A stretch of 64,000 bases of DNA from a virus, in IMG/VR virus record IMGVR_UViG_3300020463_002440, positions 32,001-96,000 of that record; one strand, 5' to 3'. The notes below the pieces were generated by a model. That model saw only the letters and a list, made by a program, of their open reading frames with translations. It ran no database searches and was not told the DNA's origin. Positions within the stretch are counted from its first letter, which is position 1, and every line of letters begins with the position of its first letter. Shown here in pieces: positions 58,501 through 64,000 of the stretch. The position numbers were made by a program, and so were the translations under genes.

Positions 58501-58936
58501 CTCTTTCAACTTCGATACCTGCATTTTCTGAAGGAGAACCTGTCGTTGTACTGTTAAGAGTAATAATATTATCTTCGACAGTTAGAGTTTCTGTATTGAC
58601 TTGAGTTGTATTACCTGATACAGTAAGGTTACCTGTGATGATTAAGTTACCATCAAAAGTATCGTCTTCGTCTGCTCTTAAAAATTGTAATGAATTTAAG
58701 TTATCTAATAAGTCAGCATCAAGGCCTGATCCTGCTCCGTCAACTGTTTTAAGTAAAGTAAGAAGGTCATTTGGATCGGCACTAAACTCAACGATGGATT
58801 CTGTTCCACCGACATCTTGTTTAATGTAGATCTTACCGTCAGCTGTGTTAATCGCAAGTTCACCTAACTCCAAATTTGAGGTAGTAGGCACTCGTCCCTG
58901 AACGGCACTTCTTTTTAGCTTAATTAATGTTGACAT
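55505..58936 (-). CDS. Tail fibre/virion structural protein (1143 aa)
   Basis: N-terminal IKLKRS....P....L..GELAINT.DGK.Y; repeated DG.GSGLDADLLDG and AGSYG...IP..TVD.DGR.T.A; C-terminal beta domain. Confidence 0.8.
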   Translation of the reverse strand: MSTLIKLKRSAVQGRVPTTSNLELGELAINTADGKIYIKQDVGGTESIVEFSADPNDLLTLLKTVDGAGSGLDADLLDNLNSLQFLRADEDDTFDGNLIITGNLTVSGNTTQVNTETLTVEDNIITLNSTTTGSPSENAGIEVERGDDTNVVLQWNEANDYWEIASGGTTGRIITTNDEGTGNGFDADLLDGQEGSYYLDFTNTTNKPDPQIDVGLTGKVTGSGTTTLTDLASGTISIATELANTAVTAGSYGSASQIPTFTVDEDGRLTAAQNIAVAGVSDIDWYQANNTFEVSTVDGSQFHTQISDFDLNVNFGAGIDVVGDVTVTGTVDGRDILADGTKLDGISSGAEVNLSNTEILNVILANDGTGSGLDADTLDGQDGTYYLDFTNFTNTPNIPSNTDIINVVLSNDGAFSGVDADLLDGANSDFYLDFTNTTNKPDPTITLSGDVTGSVTLTDLASGTITTDIAASGVTAAQYGGATEIPIITIAADGRITAAATASVAGISSTSWLTANNTYQIITGDGTQYDANISQFDANVDFGSGIDVTGNITVTGTVDGRDLATDGTKLDGIEVGATADQTASEILTSIKTVDGTGSGLDADLLDGQEGSYYLDFTNTTNKPDPQIDVSLTGKVTGSGSTILTDLGNGSISINAELANTAVTAGSYGSTTSIPTFTVDEDGRLTAAGEASVKGIENLTWHNANTTLNLEAGDGTHFLANIHEFGELDITGDITISGTVDGRDLSVDGAKLDLIEAGATADQTAAEILTAIKTVDGTGTGLDADLLDGQHAADIIAAATSGAANNVFDSQITLTAGNAIDGGGSFTLNQNGATTITFDHADTSSQASVLGSNGQVIQDVVLDTYGHVTGLDQVDFDNRYYTSALLDAGQLDTRYYTETELDAGQLDNRYYTETELDNGQLDNRYYTETETDTLFLKAADRSVTGSDGVTGGGPLTANIVLTHADTSSVANTGVLDLPNAEVIESMNFDKFGHVIGFTKNNLAVLTINIADARYVNVTGDTMTGNLTVPTLVGNTVSLESSDLTSDESTTNSTFAAEIFSFDKGTYNSAELIITATDGSNRHITKLLLVHNGSTAVATEFATIYTNGSLATYDVTIQSGNVQLNATPASSNATTYQIAATLIKV
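56144..56311 (-). repeat. 45-bp coding tandem repeat (15 aa, ~3.7 copies)
   Basis: DNRYYTSALLDAGQL/DTRYYTETELDAGQL/DNRYYTETELDNGQL/DNRYYTETETD. Confidence 0.85.
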
Positions 58937-58975
58937 ATATATGTCCTTCTATATCATATACCTATTTAGGCAAAT

Positions 58976-61900
58976 TTAAAAGGTTCCTCCATCAAGTGTT
59001 GTGACTGTAACATCGCCACTTGCCACTGTAAAGTTTGCTACGTTAAACGATGCAACTCCAATATTGGAATCGCTCGCTAATTCTCCAGCAATTGTTATTT
59101 GATTATTCGCAACCGTTGTGTTAATTCCTTCCCCTGCGGAGTAGGTAATTGTTTCACCTAAGGCAACTACATCTGTGGTACCTGTTTCGGCTGCTATGTT
59201 TATACCTGCAGTTGTTAAATTTCCAACTGCTGTATCTAAAAATTGTTTATTTACTGCATCTTTGCTATTGACAGGGTCGTTAACATTTGTTATAATAGAG
59301 TTATCAACGCTAAATACACCAGTAGTAGGATTGACTGTAATATCGCCACTTGCATTACTTATTGTATTATTTGCGATTGTAAGATTGCCGCCTATGGCAA
59401 TCTGTGTATCTAAATTTAATCCTTTAAATCTGGAGTTTTCTCCAGCAGGGTTGAGCAAATAGTCTACATCTTGACTATCAATAAAGTTTCTTGAATATAC
59501 TGAACCGTCTTCTACGTGCCAACCATTGTCCGTTGTATCAAAATATGTACCGAAGTTAAACGAACTACTTAAGAAACCTGCCTTTGTTCCTTGAGCATAG
59601 AAATACATATTACCTGAACCTGTTCCCAGAATAATCTGAGAGTTAGGTTGATTATAACCAATATGTAAATCTTTTAATCTTGATGTACCTGCAGGGTCAG
59701 CATAGAAAGATAAGTCATCTTTACTTACAAATTTTGTTGCTCTTAAATCACCGTTAGATGTATCACCACCTTGTGCATTGATATATCTCTCATCAAGAGT
59801 TACATAATCAAATGTGGTTGTGATTGCTACGTTAGAGTTACTAATAACCGTGCCGCTGCCAGTGACATCTCCTAATAACGCAATGTCAAAGTTATCAGTA
59901 ACAAAGTCTAATTTTTGTATTGCACTATTTGCTGTAACTCTAATACCACGCTCAAAGTTACCATTACGAACAGCATCTTCTACTACACCATAAATGGACG
60001 GAACAAAGTCAACAACCGCATTGGATGATACTGATAAAGGAACGTTAACTAACGAACGAACACGCCCATACACATCAAAGTTAAAGTTTGGAACTGTACC
60101 TTCAACACCTGCTTCTCTTAAACCTGTAAATGATTGCCATACAGGATCAAACCCAATCGCAACTACATTATTTGCTTGGTCGTATGTTTCAATTGTAAGA
60201 CCAGTACCAATCTCAATACTTGGCTTATCTACTTTATCAAATAAATCTAATACATAAGTATTGGCAGCTTTGGTAACATGAAAGTCTCTATCAAAAGTTT
60301 CTTCAAGATAAAACTTAGTTACCGCATCAGTGTTGCTTACAGGATCAGCAAGACCTGTTATGACAGTATTACCTACATCAATATGACCGCCTATTTCAAA
60401 TACTAAATTAGCAGTCCCTGAGTTAATTCTTTGTTGACTGTCAACTATAAATGCAGATACACCAGCAGTAACAAAATTGAGTTCGTCGTTATCTGCACCA
60501 GGACTTGATTCGGCTTCAATAAATGTATCTTGGTCAACGTCCTTAACACCACCTAGTGATGCCCATGCATTTCCACTATAACCTTCAAACACTCCGTCCG
60601 TTGTATTAAAACGAACCATACCTGCAGCTAATGAAGAAGGTCTATTTGCTGTTGTACCTACAGGAACTGTGATTGCTCCTGTTGTATCAATAACTAATAC
60701 TTCGTTATCACTATCAATTTTTGTTACGAATAATGTATTCCACTGAGAACCTGAAGCACCAAGATTATATGTTGCATCATCTTTAGGTAATAAGTTTGAA
60801 CTAAAGTCAGCAACTACATTAATTGAATCTACTGCTTGGTCACCTAATTGTAAATTACCTGCGATTGTTAAATCACCTGTAAATTCACCAGAACCAACGA
60901 CTCTAAATAATGATCCATCCCAAGTAAATCCTGCATCGTCTGTTAGTGCACCTGAAGGACCTGCGAATACAACTCTTCCATCAGTAAGTGATCCTACTGA
61001 TAATACATCGGTTGTTTGATTATATGTTAATCCTGAATCACCTTCAATTGCTCCATTTGCTCCAGCAACAAATACTTGGCCTTGTGAAACTGTTTCAAAT
61101 GTAGGTGCTGTTCGGAATTCAGAGGTTGCATTAACAACCATATGACTACCGTCAAACTGAATATTATTATTTGATGATAACGCACCAGTATCTGATACGA
61201 ACATCATTGTGTTCGCTTGTAAGTTACCTACTGATAAACTGTCGCCTGATAAACCACCTGATGTACTAAAGTCACCATCAACTGTAATACCACCAACGAT
61301 TGTTAAATTAGTTCCATCCCAGGCAAGGTTTGCTTGACCTTCTAATGTTCCACCTGATGATGTATATACAACAGACCCAGTAGGAATTTTTGAAACAGCA
61401 GCATCTGTAAATGTTGCCTTTTCACTAGAATAGTCAATTGTAATTCCGTTATTGGCGCCGAATGTTAAATCACCATCTTGGTCAATTTCCATTCTCTTAA
61501 CGCCTGCGGTGAAGAATTCTAAATCATCACCGTCAGCACCTGGCGAGAGTTCAGCTCGAATAAAGGTATCTTTATCTACGTCTTTAACACTACCCGCTAA
61601 CTCAGACCAAGCTGTCCCGTCATATCCTTCAAATCGGCTATCTGAAGTATTGTAACGAATCATACCAACCGCGGAGGTTGGACGATCAGCAGTTCCACCT
61701 ACTGGTAAAGTAAAGGCACCGGTTTCATCGATAGTAACTACACCACTATCAGATTTGATTGTAGGTGTAAATACTCTGTGCCAATTTTTAGTAGGTGCTC
61801 CTAGGCTATACAAACCAGGTGCATCAGGAATAAGATCGGAAGTAAAATCTGCGACAACATTAATTGTATCAACTTGGTTATCACCTAATGTAAGGTTACC

Positions 61901-63049
61901 ACCAATTGTCACATTACCTGTAATATCAGCATCACCATCTACTGTGAATGTGGTTCCACTGAATGTTAATTTACTACTGTCTATTAATTCGCCATCAAGA
62001 CCTGAGAATACAACTCGTCCTGATGTTAAGTCAGTAACATTAACACTTCCTAATTCTGTTTGCCCAGGTACTCTAAGTATATCTAAAAATACACCACCTG
62101 TGGCTGTAATTGAAACTCCATCGAAAGATAAGTTAGCAGTATCAATTAATTCGCCGTTTGCTCCGGCATACATAATTCGACCTTCGGTCAAATCAATAAT
62201 ATTAACACTACCTAACGATGCTTGTCCAGGAACAGACATGTTATCCAAGAATACACCGCCTGTTGCGATAATACTTGTATCATCAAATCTTAAATTGGCA
62301 GAGTCAATTAATTCTCCACCTGCTCCTGCATATACGATACGACCTTGTGTAAGGTCTGAAACGTTTAAACTATCTGTATCTGTTTGACCATCAACTTGTA
62401 ATCCATCTAAGAATACCGCTCCTGTAGCTGTAAGAGAAGTACCGTCAAAGAATAGATTAGCACTATCAACAAATTCTCCGTTGGCTGCTATGAAAGGTAT
62501 TCTTGTTGCTGTTAAATCTGAAACACTTAAACTATCAACATCAGCTTGACCGCTAACGTCTAATGTATTTGATGAAAGCGGACCACCAATATCTAAACTT
62601 GTTAATCCAACAAGAGTATTAGTTGATTCACCTAGTGTAAGAGAGGTATTACCAATTGTGATATCATTAGAAGATATGATTGTTGAATTGGCAGAAAAGT
62701 TTAATGCGTTGAAACTTACATTCTCAAAATCTGTAATATGTCCAAAAGTATCAATGGAGATATTCTTTGGATAAGATAAATTTTGGTTTGTAGTACTAAC
62801 AGCATTTGATGTGTCAGCATGGCCTATAACAACATTTGCTGCTTGATCGTTAACAGTTTGGGAAACAACAATTCCGTTAGCAGATTCTATTTGCTGAACG
62901 TAATTACCAATTGTGTCGATACCGAGAACAACAGAATCAGGAACGATCTGTGGCTTTCTCTCAGCTGGTGCAACAATAGGAGTTGACTGACCTTGTTTTG
63001 GGACGGCCTTTATCGCACGGCCACCACCGATCTTGACCTTTATACTCAC
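58976..63049 (-). CDS. Large virion structural/tail fibre protein (1357 aa)
   Basis: Repeats DLT.GR..(Y/F)AG..GEL.DS..L.F; duplicated P.G.TA.RP...GM.R.NT....FEGY.G.AW..L.G.KDVD.DT.I.AE. Confidence 0.8.
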   Translation of the reverse strand: MSIKVKIGGGRAIKAVPKQGQSTPIVAPAERKPQIVPDSVVLGIDTIGNYVQQIESANGIVVSQTVNDQAANVVIGHADTSNAVSTTNQNLSYPKNISIDTFGHITDFENVSFNALNFSANSTIISSNDITIGNTSLTLGESTNTLVGLTSLDIGGPLSSNTLDVSGQADVDSLSVSDLTATRIPFIAANGEFVDSANLFFDGTSLTATGAVFLDGLQVDGQTDTDSLNVSDLTQGRIVYAGAGGELIDSANLRFDDTSIIATGGVFLDNMSVPGQASLGSVNIIDLTEGRIMYAGANGELIDTANLSFDGVSITATGGVFLDILRVPGQTELGSVNVTDLTSGRVVFSGLDGELIDSSKLTFSGTTFTVDGDADITGNVTIGGNLTLGDNQVDTINVVADFTSDLIPDAPGLYSLGAPTKNWHRVFTPTIKSDSGVVTIDETGAFTLPVGGTADRPTSAVGMIRYNTSDSRFEGYDGTAWSELAGSVKDVDKDTFIRAELSPGADGDDLEFFTAGVKRMEIDQDGDLTFGANNGITIDYSSEKATFTDAAVSKIPTGSVVYTSSGGTLEGQANLAWDGTNLTIVGGITVDGDFSTSGGLSGDSLSVGNLQANTMMFVSDTGALSSNNNIQFDGSHMVVNATSEFRTAPTFETVSQGQVFVAGANGAIEGDSGLTYNQTTDVLSVGSLTDGRVVFAGPSGALTDDAGFTWDGSLFRVVGSGEFTGDLTIAGNLQLGDQAVDSINVVADFSSNLLPKDDATYNLGASGSQWNTLFVTKIDSDNEVLVIDTTGAITVPVGTTANRPSSLAAGMVRFNTTDGVFEGYSGNAWASLGGVKDVDQDTFIEAESSPGADNDELNFVTAGVSAFIVDSQQRINSGTANLVFEIGGHIDVGNTVITGLADPVSNTDAVTKFYLEETFDRDFHVTKAANTYVLDLFDKVDKPSIEIGTGLTIETYDQANNVVAIGFDPVWQSFTGLREAGVEGTVPNFNFDVYGRVRSLVNVPLSVSSNAVVDFVPSIYGVVEDAVRNGNFERGIRVTANSAIQKLDFVTDNFDIALLGDVTGSGTVISNSNVAITTTFDYVTLDERYINAQGGDTSNGDLRATKFVSKDDLSFYADPAGTSRLKDLHIGYNQPNSQIILGTGSGNMYFYAQGTKAGFLSSSFNFGTYFDTTDNGWHVEDGSVYSRNFIDSQDVDYLLNPAGENSRFKGLNLDTQIAIGGNLTIANNTISNASGDITVNPTTGVFSVDNSIITNVNDPVNSKDAVNKQFLDTAVGNLTTAGINIAAETGTTDVVALGETITYSAGEGINTTVANNQITIAGELASDSNIGVASFNVANFTVASGDVTVTTLDGGTF

Positions 63050-63384
63050 GAAACCTCCGTAATAGTATCAACTACGATTGCTAAGCCTTCAACTATTTTG
63101 GTGAGTTCTCCTGTTTGTTTTTCCATCACTACGTCGTATTGGTATTTACCAGGAGCTAAAAGATCTGTCTGCTGGTCAGTTAATACTAACGTAATATCGT
63201 TATTTGCGACTTCGATTGTAAAGTTAGTAGCTGCAGTACTTGAATATACTTTTCTTATGCTACTATAGAAATTATAAACAGAGATAGTTGCGTCATCATA
63301 TTCGACACCCTCATCATTAAACAGATTTAGCTCTGTTCTGAAGTCCAATCCTTTATCAATGTATATGTTAGCTCTTGATGCCAT
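63046..63384 (-). CDS. Small virion/baseplate-associated protein
   Basis: ANI.ID.G.DF, S.IRK.YSS, L.L...QT..L.PG.Y.YDV...K.VEG. Confidence 0.7.
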   Translation of the reverse strand: MASRANIYIDKGLDFRTELNLFNDEGVEYDDATISVYNFYSSIRKVYSSTAATNFTIEVANNDITLVLTDQQTDLLAPGKYQYDVVMEKQTGELTKIVEGLAIVVDTITEVS

Positions 63385-63423
63385 GGCGATGAAACCTTTT
63401 TAAATTTTTATATATTATTACCT

Positions 63424-63431
63424 TATTTATA
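63424..63431 (-). promoter_or_regulatory. T4 late promoter
   Basis: TATAAATA upstream of 63384. Confidence 0.8.
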
Positions 63432-63525
63432 AGATATGACGACTCAAATGAAAAAGGACATTGATTTAATGCCCTTTCATAGATAGTTATATGAACAGAG
63501 CAATTATACTCGACTCATAATATAA

Positions 63526-63999
63526 TTACTTCTTCAATTCGTCAATTTCTTTCTGCTGCTCTTTAATTGCTTCAATCAGTATACCGACCAAGTTTCCATA
63601 AGATACAGTCTTAGTGCCATCATCTCTTTCGCTGACAACTTCAGGCATTACTTGCTCTACTTCCTGAGCAATTACACCGGTTGAAGCCTCACCGTTATCA
63701 ATCCAATTAAACATAACACCACGTAATTTCATTACTTTATCAAGTGCATTTTCAATTGTTTCTACATTATCTTTTAGTGACTCATCAGATGTTGTGTTAA
63801 AGTCACTTGCCGTAATATCACCTGTAGTAGTAATATTATATGACTGACCATCTAAGTTACCACCTAGTTGTGGAGTTGTATCTTCAACTATATTATTGAG
63901 GTTACCACTACCACCTCCACCTGAAGGCCACGTTGTAATTGTTGAACCGCCTAATGTAACTGATCCATCAATTGTTAAATTTTCTAATGTTAATTCGTC
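63526..63999 (-). CDS. C-terminal part of another tail fibre with a peptidase S74 chaperone (runs off the right edge)
   Basis: Frame open to the window end: ...EDTTPQLGGNLD...TSDESLKDNVETIENALDKVMKLRGV.F.W...GVIAQEVE.V.PEVV. Confidence 0.85.
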   Translation of the reverse strand, partial: DELTLENLTIDGSVTLGGSTITTWPSGGGGSGNLNNIVEDTTPQLGGNLDGQSYNITTTGDITASDFNTTSDESLKDNVETIENALDKVMKLRGVMFNWIDNGEASTGVIAQEVEQVMPEVVSERDDGTKTVSYGNLVGILIEAIKEQQKEIDELKK

Positions 64000-64000
64000 G

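Noticed and set aside
8630-63268. Many opposite-strand or alternative-frame ORFs (e.g. 8630-8923, 14026-14454, 14795-15319, 24664-25242, 61755-62387)
   Set aside because: They shadow well-supported genes and lack SD sequences or recognisable motifs.
1-64000. Stop-codon reassignment, tRNA genes, or introns/inteins in core genes
   Set aside because: Core genes (gp13-gp23, terminase) are full length and uninterrupted in the standard code; no tRNA cloverleaf was spotted by eye.

Overview
This AT-rich 64-kb window is part of a large T4-like (Tevenvirinae/Kyanoviridae-like) myophage genome, most likely from an aquatic or marine phage of a proteobacterium (host inferred). It has four blocks. (1) 1-8630, + strand: early/accessory genes (phoH end, PD-(D/E)XK exonuclease, HD/SpoT-type hydrolase, DUF932, NAD-dependent epimerase, many small ORFs) driven by near-perfect sigma70 promoters. 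(2) 8671-17465, - strand: an operon behind a T4 late promoter with two small membrane proteins, csgF, csgG, two curlin-like secreted proteins, a FecR-domain protein, hemE, a CHASE2 adenylate cyclase and a 7Fe ferredoxin. (3) 17650-22533, + strand: a second early block with a DenV-family glycosylase, hemC and a ~680-nt ORF-free, highly base-paired transcription unit with its own promoter and terminator, a candidate large structured ncRNA. (4) 22612-64000, - strand: the late structural module (gp23, 22, 21, 20, 19, 18, 17, 16, 15, 14, 13), glycan-modifying genes, paralogous virion proteins and very large modular tail fibres, one of ~3950 aa. The best candidates for new biology are the large ncRNA and the curli/FecR/cAMP module. 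Two further patterns are a palindromic operator in the early promoters and ssrA-like C-terminal AA tails on early proteins. All calls come from reading motifs by eye; no database search was run.
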